From the NCBI GenBank assembly GCA_028817225.1, contig JAPPQC010000053.1, positions 8,709 through 72,708 of the forward strand: a stretch of DNA of 64,000 bases, in the 5' to 3' direction. Positions 8,245-17,475 of the stretch are shown here, in pieces (positions within the stretch are counted from its first letter, which is position 1; the number at the start of each line of letters is the position of its first letter). Under the pieces are notes generated by a model. That model was not told the DNA's origin. It ran no database searches and saw only the letters and a program-made list of their open reading frames with translations. The stretch is from Gammaproteobacteria bacterium (GTDB lineage: Bacteria; Pseudomonadota; Gammaproteobacteria; Poriferisulfidales; Oxydemutatoraceae). The translations under genes and the position numbers were made by a program.

Positions 8245-9246
8245 GTGAGCGGCGTTGAGCACGGCGCGGCATCGCGCACAACCCCCGCAAGCCACCGGCG
8301 CGGCGCGGACAAACTGATACGCGCGAGAAGCGCCGCCGCCGTTGCCGCGCGCGATGAGCGCCTTGCCAAACCGCGCTGGCTGCGTATCAAGCCTGTTGCC
8401 AATCCGCGTGTGCGGGAATTGCGGCAGCGTCTGCGCGAAAGCCGCCTGCACACCGTCTGCGAAGAGGCGAAATGCCCGAACCTCAACGAGTGTTTCTCGC
8501 GCGGCACCGCGACCTTCATGATATTGGGCGACCGCTGCACGCGCCGCTGTGCGTTCTGCGATGTCGCGCACGGACGCCCGCCGCCGCCCGACCCGCTGGA
8601 GCCGCGCCGTCTGGCGCGTCTGATAGCGCGCCTGCAACTCGAATATGTCGTCATCACATCGGTGGACCGCGACGACCTTGCCGACGGCGGCGCCGCCCAT
8701 TTTGCCGCCTGCATCGGCGCGCTGCGCGAGATGTCACCGGCGACGCGCATTGAAATCCTGACGCCGGATTTCCGCAAACGAATGACACGCGCGCTGGACG
8801 CGCTGCAACACGCGCCGTGCGATGTGTTCGGCCACAACATTGAAACGGCGCCGTCGCTGTACCGCGAAGTCCGCGCCGGCGCCGATTACCGCGCGTCGCT
8901 GGAACTGCTGCTGGAACACAAGCGCCGTTTCCCGGCGATACCGACCAAATCGGGGCTGATGCTGGGGCTGGGCGAGACGCCGCAGGAGATTGAGGCGGTG
9001 ATGCACGACCTGCGCCGCCACCGCGTGGATTTGCTGACCATCGGCCAGTATCTGCGCCCGGCGCCGGGCTACTGGCCGGTGCGCCGCTACGCCAGCCCCG
9101 CCGAATTCAGGCGCCTCGCCGCAACGGGCCGCGCAATGGGCTTCGCACACATCGCCGCCGGGCCTTTGGTCAGGTCATCGTACCACGCCGATGTGCAGGC
9201 GGCGGCGGTTGTTACTTCCGCTCGTAATACTCCCGCGTCAGTCTGA
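8245..9246 (+). CDS. lipA: Lipoyl synthase (radical SAM)
   Basis: KPRWLRIK...[17 protein letters not shown]...[10 protein letters not shown]. The GTG start at 8245 overlaps an upstream TGA. Confidence 0.93.
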   Translation: MSGVEHGAASRTTPASHRRGADKLIRARSAAAVAARDERLAKPRWLRIKPVANPRVRELRQRLRESRLHTVCEEAKCPNLNECFSRGTATFMILGDRCTRRCAFCDVAHGRPPPPDPLEPRRLARLIARLQLEYVVITSVDRDDLADGGAAHFAACIGALREMSPATRIEILTPDFRKRMTRALDALQHAPCDVFGHNIETAPSLYREVRAGADYRASLELLLEHKRRFPAIPTKSGLMLGLGETPQEIEAVMHDLRRHRVDLLTIGQYLRPAPGYWPVRRYASPAEFRRLAATGRAMGFAHIAAGPLVRSSYHADVQAAAVVTSARNTPASV

Positions 9247-10570
9247 CAATCACCGGTGACAGCAGCACCAGCGCGACGAGGTTCGGCAGCGCCATCAGCG
9301 CGTTGAAGACATCCGACACCAGCCAGATCAGGTTGATGCCGGCTTCGGCGCCGCCTTTCCACAGCAGCGCCATCGGGCCGAGAAACACCGTGGCCAGGTA
9401 CAGCAGGCGGTAGGCGGTGATGGCGCGCAGGCCGAACAGGTGCTGCCAGCATTTCTCGCCGTAATAACTCCACCCGAGTATCGTCGTGAAGCCGAACACA
9501 ATCAGCCCGGCAATCAGGATGTATTCGCTGCCGGGCAGCGTCGCCGCGAAAGCCATCGTCGTCAGGTCGGCGCCGGTCTCGCCGCTGGTCCACACGCCGG
9601 TAACGACGATGGCAAGGCCGGTGATGGAGCAGACGATGAGCGTGTCAATAAAAGTTCCGAGCATCGCAATGTGGCCCTGGCGCACCGGGTTGTCGGTTTT
9701 GGCGGCGGCGTGCGCGATGGGCGCGCTGCCAAGCCCGGCCTCGTTCGAGAAGATGCCGCGCGCAACGCCGAAGCGAATCGCGAGCCACACCGCAGCGCCG
9801 GCAAAACCGCCGCTGGCCGCGGTGCCGGTGAAGGCGGTGGTGACGATGGTTGCGAAAGCCGCCGGAATTTCGGTGATGTGCGCCGCCAGCACCACCAGCC
9901 CGGCAACCACATACAGCACCGCCATTGTCGGCACCAGGCTGGTCGCCCATTTGGCGATGCGGGTGATGCCGCCGAGCAGCACGATGCCGGTCACCACCGT
10001 CAGCACGATGGCGCTGTAAAGCGGGCGCACGCCCTTGTCGTCGAGCGCGTCGGCGATGGCGTTGGACTGCACCATGTTGCCGATGCCGAAGGCGGTGATG
10101 GTGCCGAAAAACGCGAAGGCGACGGCCAGCCAGGTCCACTTCTTGCCCAGCCCGTTCCGGATGTAATACATCGGCCCGCCGATGTGCTTGCCCGAGGCGT
10201 CGGTCTCGCGGTAGTGCACGGCGAGCACCGCCTCGGCGTATTTGGTGGCCATGCCGACGAGCGCCGTCATCCACATCCAGAACAGCGCGCCCGGCCCGCC
10301 GAGCGCGATGGCGGTGGCGACGCCGACGATGTTGCCGGTGCCGATGGTCGCCGAAAGCGATGTCATCAGCGCGCTGAACGGGTTGATGTCGCCGGCGCCC
10401 TGCGGCTTCCTGCCCTTCCACAGCAGCGCGAAGCCGTAGGCGATTTTTCTGACCGGCATCCACGCCAGGCGAAACATCAGAAAAATGCCGACGCCGAGAA
10501 TGGCGACGACCATCGGCGGCCCCCAGACGATGGCGCTGATGGTTTCGACAAAATCGGTGATTGCCTGCAT
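9212..10570 (-). CDS. Alanine/glycine:cation symporter (AGCS) family transporter
   Basis: [39 protein letters not shown]. The track ORF extends to 10618 through a 16-codon tandem duplicate of the start region; either ATG (10570 or 10618) may be used. Confidence 0.88.
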   Translation of the reverse strand: MQAITDFVETISAIVWGPPMVVAILGVGIFLMFRLAWMPVRKIAYGFALLWKGRKPQGAGDINPFSALMTSLSATIGTGNIVGVATAIALGGPGALFWMWMTALVGMATKYAEAVLAVHYRETDASGKHIGGPMYYIRNGLGKKWTWLAVAFAFFGTITAFGIGNMVQSNAIADALDDKGVRPLYSAIVLTVVTGIVLLGGITRIAKWATSLVPTMAVLYVVAGLVVLAAHITEIPAAFATIVTTAFTGTAASGGFAGAAVWLAIRFGVARGIFSNEAGLGSAPIAHAAAKTDNPVRQGHIAMLGTFIDTLIVCSITGLAIVVTGVWTSGETGADLTTMAFAATLPGSEYILIAGLIVFGFTTILGWSYYGEKCWQHLFGLRAITAYRLLYLATVFLGPMALLWKGGAEAGINLIWLVSDVFNALMALPNLVALVLLSPVIVRLTREYYERK

Positions 10571-10633
10571 CTGGACGATGCCGCTGATGGTGTTGACGAA
10601 ATCGGTGATTGCCTGCATGACGCCCTCCTGTGA

Positions 10634-11293
10634 TTAATCAATCCGTCCCGCAGGCGTCATTGTATCCTTGTCCGGCCACTTGCACAAATCGGCGATAACG
10701 CAGGCGCCGCATTCGGGCTTGCGCGCCTTGCAGGTGTAGCGCCCGTGCAGAATCAGCCAGTGGTGGGCGTGGCGCTTGAACGAGTCGGGCACGGCCCGCA
10801 GCAGCGCCTGTTCAACGGCGTCGGGCGTCTTGCCGGGCGCCAGGCCGGTGCGGTTGCTGACGCGGAAGATGTGCGTGTCCACGGCGATGGTCGGCTGGCC
10901 GAAGGCGTTGTTCAGGATGACATTGGCGGTCTTGCGGCCAACGCCGGGCAGGCGGGTGAGCGCGTCGCGGCTGTCCGGCACGCGCCCGCGGTGTTCGTCC
11001 AGCAGGATTTTGCAGGTGGCGAGAATGTTGTCGGCCTTGGCGTTGAACAGGCCGATGGTCTTGATGTGGCTTTTCAGTTTGCGCTTGCCGAGTTTCAGCA
11101 TCTTCGCGGGCGTGTTGGCCTCCTTGAACAGCGTTCGCGTCGCCTTGTTGACGCTGACATCGGTCGCCTGCGCCGACAGCATCACCGCCACCAGCAGTTC
11201 AAAGTGCGAGCGATAGACCAGTTCGCTGCGCGGCTCCGGGTTGCGCTTTTTCAGGCGCGCGAACAGTTTGCGGACCGACGCCTGCGGCAGCAT
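10634..11293 (-). CDS. nth: Endonuclease III
   Basis: FELLVAVMLSAQATDVSVNKAT...LPGVGRKTANVILN...C-X6-C-X2-C-X5-C cluster near the C-terminus. Confidence 0.95.
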   Translation of the reverse strand: MLPQASVRKLFARLKKRNPEPRSELVYRSHFELLVAVMLSAQATDVSVNKATRTLFKEANTPAKMLKLGKRKLKSHIKTIGLFNAKADNILATCKILLDEHRGRVPDSRDALTRLPGVGRKTANVILNNAFGQPTIAVDTHIFRVSNRTGLAPGKTPDAVEQALLRAVPDSFKRHAHHWLILHGRYTCKARKPECGACVIADLCKWPDKDTMTPAGRID

Positions 11294-11297
11294 TTGG

Positions 11298-11735
11298 TTA
11301 TTCCCCGGTTTGTTTCGCGCTGCTTCGCGTGCGCGCCGCGAGTTGTTTTTGGAATGTTTCCTTCGCCGCCAGTCTTGCGTTGTCGCGGCGTTCGGTCTCG
11401 CGCGCCAGCCGCGCCTTGCGCGCCTTGATTCGCAGTCCGGCCTCGCGTGCGCGGCGCTGTTCGTGTTGTTTGCGCTGTTGCGGCGTCTGCCGCGCCGCCG
11501 GCAGCGGTTTCATCGTGATGCAGTCCACCGGGCACACCGGCACGCACAGTTCGCAACCGATGCACAGTTCATCGAGAACGCCGTGCATCCATTGCGACGC
11601 GCCGACGATGGCGTCCACCGGGCACGCCGCCAGGCACAGCGCGCAGCCGATGCATTCGTCCTCGTCAATGCGGGCGACGGCGCGCGTGAATTTCAGCGCC
11701 GCGCCACCGGCGGTTTCCGTTGCGGCGCGGCTCAC
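11298..11735 (-). CDS. 4Fe-4S dicluster ferredoxin (RnfB C-terminal-domain-like) with a basic tail
   Basis: [16 protein letters not shown] and [16 protein letters not shown] motifs. The GTG start overlaps the metG stop (GTGA). It sits immediately upstream of nth, as rnf/rsx-linked ferredoxins do. Confidence 0.8.
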   Translation of the reverse strand: MSRAATETAGGAALKFTRAVARIDEDECIGCALCLAACPVDAIVGASQWMHGVLDELCIGCELCVPVCPVDCITMKPLPAARQTPQQRKQHEQRRAREAGLRIKARKARLARETERRDNARLAAKETFQKQLAARTRSSAKQTGE

Positions 11736-13891
11736 TTGACTTCCATGCCGGCCTCGGCGCCGTCGTCCGCCGCCACCAGAAACAGGTCACCGCCGCCGGG
11801 GCCGGCGGCCAGCACCATGCCTTCGGAAACGCCGAAGCGCATTTTCTTCGGCGCCAGGTTGGCGACGACGACCACAAGGCGCCCGCGCAGTTGTTCCGGT
11901 TTGTATGCCTGGCGGATGCCGGCGAGGATGCTGCGGGGGTTGGCCTCGCCGATGTCCACTTCAAGGCGCAGCAGTTTGTCGGCGCCGTCAACGGTCTCGG
12001 CGCCGATGATTTTGCCGACGCGAAGGTCAAGTTTCTGAAAGTCGGCGTATTCAATCTGCGTTGTTTTTTTCGCCGCGTCGGTTGCGCCGGTTTTGCCGCC
12101 GGTCTTCTGCGTTGCTTTCGCTGTTGCGCCGCTTGTGGCAGTCTTGCCGCCGGTTCTGTCGTCGGCCTCGCCGCTGGTTTTGCCGCCGGCTTTGCCTTTG
12201 GTTTTACTGCCGGCCTTGCTATCGGCCTGTCCCGGCGCCGCGACCAGTTGCCGGACGGCGGTGCGTTCAATGCGCGTCAGCAGCGGCTGGAAGCGGTTGA
12301 TCTTGTGGTGTTGTTCGCCGCGGCGCTGCTTGTCGGCGAACGGGTCGTCTTGCCAGCAGTCGAGCGCGCAGTTCAGAAACGCCGCGGCTTTTGCACAGGT
12401 GTCGGGCAGCACCGGGCGCAGATACAGCGCGAGGCGGCTGAACAGCAGCAGGCCGAGGCTGCAAACAATATGCAGTTCGGCGCTCGCGCCGTCGCGTTTG
12501 GCGATGTCCCACGGCTTGCGGCGGTCAATGTACTGGTTGGCCTTGTCGGCCAGCACCATGATGGAGCGCATCGCGGCGGCGTATTCAAGGTTTTCGTAAT
12601 CGTGCGCGATGCCGCCGCCGGCGTCGGTGAATTCGCGGTAGAGTTCGTGGCCGGCGGTGTCGTCGGTGCACAGCACGAGGTCGTCAAAGTGCTTGTGGAT
12701 GAAACTCGCGCAGCGGCTGGCGATGTTGACAATCTTGCCGACCAGGTCGCTGTTGACCCGCTGCACGAAGTCGTCAAGGTTCAGGTCGGCGTCGCCGATG
12801 TGGTTGCCGAGTTTCGTCGCGAAGTAATAGCGCAGGTATTCCGGCGGCAGGTGTCGCAAATAGGTTTTGGCGGTGATGAAGGTGCCGCGCGATTTCGACA
12901 TTTTCTGCCCGTTGATGGTCACAAATCCGTGGCAGTGCACCGCCGTCGGCTGGCGGAAACCGGCGCCCGCCAGCATCGCCGGCCAGAACAGCGTGTGGAA
13001 GTAGGCGATGTCCTTGCCGATGAAGTGGTGCAGTTCGGTGTCGCCGCCTTCCTGCCAGAAGCGGTTGAAGTCGGCGCCGCCGCGTTCGCAGTAGTTGCGG
13101 AAACTCGCCATGTAGCCGATGGGCGCGTCGAGCCACACATAGAAATACTTGCCCGGGTGGTCGGGTATCTCAAAGCCGAAGTAGGGCGCGTCGCGCGAGA
13201 TGTCCCAGTCTTGCAGCCCGGCCTCGAACCACTCGCTGAGTTTGTTGCTGATTTCGGGCTGCACATGGCGGCCCTGCGTCCACGCCTTCAGTTGCCCGGC
13301 AAAGTCGCCCAGCCGGAAGAAGTAGTGCTCCGATTCGCGCTCAACCGGCTTGTTGCGGCTCAGCACCGAAACCGGGTTCACCAGTTCCGACGCGGCGTAG
13401 GTCGAGCCGCACACCTCGCAGCAGTCGCCGTATTGCTCGGCGGCGCCGCAGCGCGGGCATTCGCCGCGGATGTAGCGGTCGGGCAGGAACATGCCGGCCT
13501 GCTCGTCAAACGCCTGGGTGATGCTGCGGCGCACGATGTGGCCGCCGTCGCGAAGGCGGCGGTACACCAGGTTCGACAGTTCGCGGTTTTCATCGGAGTG
13601 GGTTGTGTGGTAGTTGTCAAAGCGCACCAGAAACGCCTTGAAGTCTTCCAGGTGCTCCTTGTGCATGCGCGCAATCAGTTGCTCCGGGGCGACGCCCTCT
13701 TCCTGCGCCTTGATCATGATCGGCGTGCCGTGCGCGTCGTCGGCGCAGATGTAATGGCAGTCGTTGCCGCGCAGCCGCTGAAAGCGCACCCAGATGTCGG
13801 CCTGGATGTATTCCAGCAAATGCCCCAGATGAATCGGCCCGTTGGCGTAGGGCAGGGCGTTGGTAACCAGAATTTCGCGTTTTTCGGTCAT
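11732..13891 (-). CDS. metG: Methionyl-tRNA synthetase with a C-terminal tRNA-binding (Trbp111/EMAP-like) domain
   Basis: [19 protein letters not shown]...KMSKSRG...C-terminal [11 protein letters not shown]...[14 protein letters not shown]. Start at the ATG at 13891. Confidence 0.95.
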   Translation of the reverse strand: MTEKREILVTNALPYANGPIHLGHLLEYIQADIWVRFQRLRGNDCHYICADDAHGTPIMIKAQEEGVAPEQLIARMHKEHLEDFKAFLVRFDNYHTTHSDENRELSNLVYRRLRDGGHIVRRSITQAFDEQAGMFLPDRYIRGECPRCGAAEQYGDCCEVCGSTYAASELVNPVSVLSRNKPVERESEHYFFRLGDFAGQLKAWTQGRHVQPEISNKLSEWFEAGLQDWDISRDAPYFGFEIPDHPGKYFYVWLDAPIGYMASFRNYCERGGADFNRFWQEGGDTELHHFIGKDIAYFHTLFWPAMLAGAGFRQPTAVHCHGFVTINGQKMSKSRGTFITAKTYLRHLPPEYLRYYFATKLGNHIGDADLNLDDFVQRVNSDLVGKIVNIASRCASFIHKHFDDLVLCTDDTAGHELYREFTDAGGGIAHDYENLEYAAAMRSIMVLADKANQYIDRRKPWDIAKRDGASAELHIVCSLGLLLFSRLALYLRPVLPDTCAKAAAFLNCALDCWQDDPFADKQRRGEQHHKINRFQPLLTRIERTAVRQLVAAPGQADSKAGSKTKGKAGGKTSGEADDRTGGKTATSGATAKATQKTGGKTGATDAAKKTTQIEYADFQKLDLRVGKIIGAETVDGADKLLRLEVDIGEANPRSILAGIRQAYKPEQLRGRLVVVVANLAPKKMRFGVSEGMVLAAGPGGGDLFLVAADDGAEAGMEVK

Positions 13892-14054
13892 CTGCGGAGT
13901 CGGCGGGCGGCGGTGTCTGCGGCTTTTCGGTCGCCGACGGTCGTTGCCGTCGCGCCGGTCTGTCGTTTGCGTGCCTGCAATTATACATGCGCCGCCTTTG
14001 ATATAATGGCGGATATAATCGCGGAACAGCCGGTGTTTCAGCCGGCGCAAAACC

Positions 14055-15146
14055 ATGTCACAACTGAACAGCCAGGCGGTCGAACAGGCCCTGAAAGAGA
14101 CGATAGACCCCAACACCGGGAAAGACCTGGTCGCGTCCGGGGCGGTGGCCGACATTGCCGTCGAGGGCGCCACGGTGCGCGCCCGGCTGTGTCTCGGCTA
14201 TCCGGCGCGGAGTTTTGTCGCCGAACTGGCGGGCATGGTCGAGGACAAGGTCAAGGCGCTGGAGGGCGTTGAGCGCGTCGAGGTGGACGCCAGCTGGGAG
14301 ATTCAGTCGCATTCGGTGCAGAAAAGCCTGAAGCCGCTCGCCAACATCCGCAATGTCATCGCCGTGGCGTCCGGCAAGGGCGGTGTCGGCAAGTCCACGA
14401 CGGCGGTCAACCTGGCGCTGGCGCTGGCGGCGGAAGGCGCCGCCGTCGGCCTGCTCGACGCCGACATCTACGGCCCCAGCCAGCCGACGATGCTCGGCAT
14501 CCGCGGCCAGCCCGACACCAAGGACGGCGAGACGCTCGAGCCGCTCGACTCGTTCGGCGTGCAGGCGATGTCCATCGGTTTCCTGATTGACGAGGAAACG
14601 CCGATGATCTGGCGCGGGCCGATGGTGACGCAGGCGCTGGAACAACTGCTGAACAACACCAACTGGCGCGGCCTCGATTACCTGGTGGTGGACCTGCCGC
14701 CCGGAACCGGCGATGTGCAACTGACGCTGGCGCAGAAAATCCCGGTCAGCGGCGCGGTCATTGTGACGACGCCGCAGGACATCGCGCTGCTCGACGCGCG
14801 CAAGGGCATCAAGATGTTCGAGAAGGTGGATGTGCCCATCCTCGGCATCATCGAGAACATGAGCACCCACATTTGCAGCCAGTGCGGCCACGAAGAGCAC
14901 ATCTTCGGCGCCGGCGGCGGCGACCGGATTGCGCGCGACTACGGCGTTGAGGTGCTGGGGCGTTTGCCGCTCGACAAGGCCATCCGCGAGCAGACCGACG
15001 GCGGCAAACCGACGGTCGTCGCCGAGCCGCACGGGCGCCTCGCCGGCGTCTATCTTGAAACCGCGAGAAAAACGGCGGCGCGCCTTGCGGTGCGCGCCAA
15101 GGACTACTCGGCGAAGTTTCCGAAAATCGTCATTCAGAACGATTGA
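14055..15146 (+). CDS. apbC: Fe-S cluster carrier ATPase ApbC/Mrp
   Basis: [25 protein letters not shown]...[12 protein letters not shown]. Divergent from metG, as in enterics. Confidence 0.93.
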   Translation: MSQLNSQAVEQALKETIDPNTGKDLVASGAVADIAVEGATVRARLCLGYPARSFVAELAGMVEDKVKALEGVERVEVDASWEIQSHSVQKSLKPLANIRNVIAVASGKGGVGKSTTAVNLALALAAEGAAVGLLDADIYGPSQPTMLGIRGQPDTKDGETLEPLDSFGVQAMSIGFLIDEETPMIWRGPMVTQALEQLLNNTNWRGLDYLVVDLPPGTGDVQLTLAQKIPVSGAVIVTTPQDIALLDARKGIKMFEKVDVPILGIIENMSTHICSQCGHEEHIFGAGGGDRIARDYGVEVLGRLPLDKAIREQTDGGKPTVVAEPHGRLAGVYLETARKTAARLAVRAKDYSAKFPKIVIQND

Positions 15147-15151
15147 CCGCC

Positions 15152-15718
15152 ATGCCCATCAAGGCCGACACCTGGATCCGCGAGATGGCGCGCGAAAGGC
15201 GCATGATAGAGCCGTTCGCGCCGCGCCAGATTTCGCGCCTGGACGACGCCCGCGTCATCTCCTACGGCACCTCGAGTTACGGCTACGATGTCCGTTGCAG
15301 CAGCCATTTCAAGGTGTTCACGAACATCAATTCGGCGATTGTGGACCCGAAGGCGTTCGACGAGAACAGTTTCGTGGCGATGGACGCCGATGTCTGCATC
15401 ATCCCGCCCAACTCGTTCGCGCTGGCGAGCACGGTGGAGTATTTTCGCATCCCGCGCTCGGTGCTGACAATCTGCGTCGGCAAGTCCACCTACGCGCGCT
15501 GCGGCATCATCGTCAATGTAACGCCGCTGGAGCCGGAGTGGGAGGGGCACATCACGCTGGAATTCTCGAACACGACGCCGCTGCCGGCGAAAATCTACGC
15601 CAACGAGGGCGTCGCGCAACTGCTGTTTCTTGAATCCGACGACATCTGCGAGACTTCCTACAAGGACCGCAACGGCAAATACCAGAAGCAGACCGGGGTC
15701 ACCCTGCCGGTCGCCTGA
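15152..15718 (+). CDS. dcd: dCTP deaminase
   Basis: MIEPF...[12 protein letters not shown]...[10 protein letters not shown]...[17 protein letters not shown] at 15152; an alternative TTG lies at 15143. Confidence 0.93.
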   Translation: MPIKADTWIREMARERRMIEPFAPRQISRLDDARVISYGTSSYGYDVRCSSHFKVFTNINSAIVDPKAFDENSFVAMDADVCIIPPNSFALASTVEYFRIPRSVLTICVGKSTYARCGIIVNVTPLEPEWEGHITLEFSNTTPLPAKIYANEGVAQLLFLESDDICETSYKDRNGKYQKQTGVTLPVA

Positions 15719-15729
15719 GGGGGCGTGTC

Positions 15730-16068
15730 GTGAAACTGGTCGTGGCCATCATCAAGCCGTTCAAACTCGACGATGTGCGCGAGGCGCTGTCGCGGGTCAA
15801 TGTAACCGGCATGACCGTCACCGAGGTCAAGGGTTTCGGGCGCCAGAAGGGCCACACCGAACTCTACCGCGGCGCCGAGTATGTGGTTGACTTTCTGCCC
15901 AAGTTGAAACTGGAGACGGCGGTGACCGACGCCCAGGCCGACGCCGTCGTCAAGGCCATCGCCGCCACCGCCAACAGCGGCAAGATAGGCGACGGCAAGA
16001 TCTTCGTGCTCGACCTGGAGCAGGCGGTTCGCATCCGCACCGGCGAGTCCGGCGACACCGCCATCTGA
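15730..16068 (+). CDS. glnB: Nitrogen regulatory protein P-II
   Basis: [20 protein letters not shown]...[21 protein letters not shown] (T-loop)...GDGKIFV. GTG start. Confidence 0.93.
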   Translation: MKLVVAIIKPFKLDDVREALSRVNVTGMTVTEVKGFGRQKGHTELYRGAEYVVDFLPKLKLETAVTDAQADAVVKAIAATANSGKIGDGKIFVLDLEQAVRIRTGESGDTAI

Positions 16069-16100
16069 CAGTCGGCGCACCGCGCGCCGACCGGCCCGCA

Positions 16101-16153
16101 CCGTTCAGAAACCTTTGGCAGTCTTGCTTTTCACAGGTCCGGTGTGGTATATT
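16101..16153 (+). promoter_or_regulatory. Conserved upstream element plus putative sigma70-type promoter of NHLP-family gene 1
   Basis: The 27-mer CCGTTCAGAAACCTTTGGCAGTCTTGC (16101-16127) matches 23/27 with 20078-20104. TTGCTT (16124-16129), an 18-nt spacer, then TGgTATATT (extended -10, 16145-16153). Confidence 0.35.
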
Positions 16154-16241
16154 TTTGCCTCATCCGTGGCCTGAGATGTGCTCCATTCGCAGTGGTGCAG
16201 TCGTCTCGGCTGAACTGTAATTTTAGCAAGAGGATTGAACC

Positions 16242-16817
16242 ATGACAATCAAAAACGCAACCAAAAATGCAACGGTAGCAGCAGTGCGTGACAGAGGGCT
16301 GGGCGTCGGCGTGCACACCCATCCTCAGTTGCCGCCGTGCAACGAAATGATGGCGGTGCTGATAGGTTCCGGCCTGACCTCGCCTGAAGTGCCCGTTTCC
16401 AGCAAAAACTCATTGAAGGATTTTCTCGGCAGATACGAGGGCGTGGATATCGTCTATAAGCAGAACACTGCGGATGAAGTCAATATCGCTTTGCCCTGTT
16501 TCCCGGAGTTTGACAAATACCATGAAGAGTCGGCGCTAAGCGATGAAGAGCTGGCAATGGTTTCCGGCGGAGAGATTGTGGCTCTGCTGACGCTTTTCTT
16601 CATGACCATCGGAGCCATAGTCGCCGCAAAAATCGGGTTGGGCATGGTCGTCAAGTCGGTGGCGATTGGCATCGGTATTGGTGTGTCGGTCGCGGTGGCT
16701 GCGGGCGCCGCATTGGGCATTGCAGGCGTCACGGCGGCAGTCGGAGTCGGCATCGCCGCCGGTGCCGGCGCTTTCGACCCCGGCGCCGGCCCCGTCAATG
16801 TCGTCCTCGGCAGTTGA
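16242..16817 (+). CDS. NHLP-type (nitrile-hydratase-like) leader / Gly-Gly precursor with an 81-aa Gly-Ala-Val-Ile-rich core (family copy 1)
   Basis: Leader: ...GVDIVYKQNTADEVNIALPCFPEF...ALSDEELAMVSGG. Core from 16572: [89 protein letters not shown] upstream. Paralogs at 20168, 31630 and 63829. Confidence 0.8.
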   Translation: MTIKNATKNATVAAVRDRGLGVGVHTHPQLPPCNEMMAVLIGSGLTSPEVPVSSKNSLKDFLGRYEGVDIVYKQNTADEVNIALPCFPEFDKYHEESALSDEELAMVSGGEIVALLTLFFMTIGAIVAAKIGLGMVVKSVAIGIGIGVSVAVAAGAALGIAGVTAAVGVGIAAGAGAFDPGAGPVNVVLGS

Positions 16818-16837
16818 TTTTGCGGCATAAGCCGCAG

Positions 16838-16866
16838 CTGGCCGCCGCGCTGTCGCCGGCGGCCAG
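16838..16866 (+). terminator. Stem-loop downstream of NHLP gene 1 (between convergent genes)
   Basis: CTGGCCGCCG-N9-CGGCGGCCAG is a perfect 10-bp stem. A second small hairpin, TGCGGC-ATAA-GCCGCA, lies at 16821-16836. There is no clear U-tract. Confidence 0.4.
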
Positions 16867-16917
16867 CCCCCCCTGCATCAGCACATCATAAGCACACCCG
16901 ATAGGCGCACCGGCGCA

Positions 16918-17415
16918 TCACCACCGCGCCTTGTCCCACATCTGCGGATTGGCCCAGAAGCGGCTGTTGAGCCAGTCGGGCGCGTCCTTGTAGTCGAAGA
17001 TATCAAAGTAATAAAGGCGCCCGCCCGCGTCGCCGTCTTCACCGGCGTAGGCGCGCATCAGGCGCAGCCCGAGCGCGCGCAGAAAGTTGTCGTCCCGCGC
17101 CGCCGCCTCGCCGGGACGGTAGAGATAAACCCGTTCGCAGTCCTGGTCGCGCAGGCGTGAAATCAGGTGTTCAAACGGCGTGTTCGCCATGTCCGCCGCC
17201 GCGCAAACGACGATGCCGACGGCAAACCGGCGCCGCAAACGCGGCGTTTCGCAATAGTTGGCGACATCGCCGCTGAGCGTCTCGCGGCCCGGCGCGGCGC
17301 CTGCGGCGAGGTGTTCGGCCAGGTCGCCGCGCGGACTCAGCAGCAGCGCGCCGCCGTCGCCGCCGGGCGCACCGGCGAGGATTCTCCGCAAGTCTTCGCG
17401 CACGCGGCGTTGCAT
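16918..17415 (-). CDS. Hypothetical protein (165 aa) downstream of rnd
   Basis: ORF in an operon-like position after rnd, with a Trp-rich C-terminal motif YYFDIFDYKDAPDWLNSRFWANPQMWDKARW. Family not recognised. Confidence 0.6.
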   Translation of the reverse strand: MQRRVREDLRRILAGAPGGDGGALLLSPRGDLAEHLAAGAAPGRETLSGDVANYCETPRLRRRFAVGIVVCAAADMANTPFEHLISRLRDQDCERVYLYRPGEAAARDDNFLRALGLRLMRAYAGEDGDAGGRLYYFDIFDYKDAPDWLNSRFWANPQMWDKARW

Positions 17416-17475
17416 GGCTTGTCAGTCAGCGTCTCGATGCCCGGCCAGGATGGTGGCCGTTCTCCGGCGGGTGTT

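Noticed and set aside
8245-9246. The radical SAM genes in the window (lipA 8245-9246, queE 37662-38459, hemW 49617-50999) as the missing proteusin epimerase or maturase for the NHLP precursors.
   Set aside because: Each carries the specific signatures and synteny of its housekeeping family (lipB-lipA, queE-queC, rph-rdgB-hemW). None is adjacent to a precursor gene.
12040-12240. Lys/Gly/Thr/Ala-rich repeats (GGKT-like) in MetG.
   Set aside because: They lie in the known flexible linker between the synthetase core and the C-terminal tRNA-binding domain. They look like ordinary low-complexity expansion rather than a separate feature.
15730-16068. Two P-II paralogs (glnB at 15730 and glnK at 46780) as something unusual.
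   Set aside because: A stand-alone glnB plus a glnK-amtB operon is the standard proteobacterial complement.
16071-16091. The hairpin GTCGGCGC-N5-GCGCCGAC after glnB as an intrinsic terminator.
   Set aside because: It has a short stem and no U-tract, and GC-rich palindromes of this size are frequent by chance in this DNA.
16116-16130. Reading TGGCAG-TC-TTGCT (and TGGCAC-TG-TTGAC at 20093) as a sigma54 -24/-12 promoter.
   Set aside because: GG and GC are separated by 7 nt rather than the required 10. The TTGCTT or TTGACG part fits better as a sigma70 -35 hexamer.
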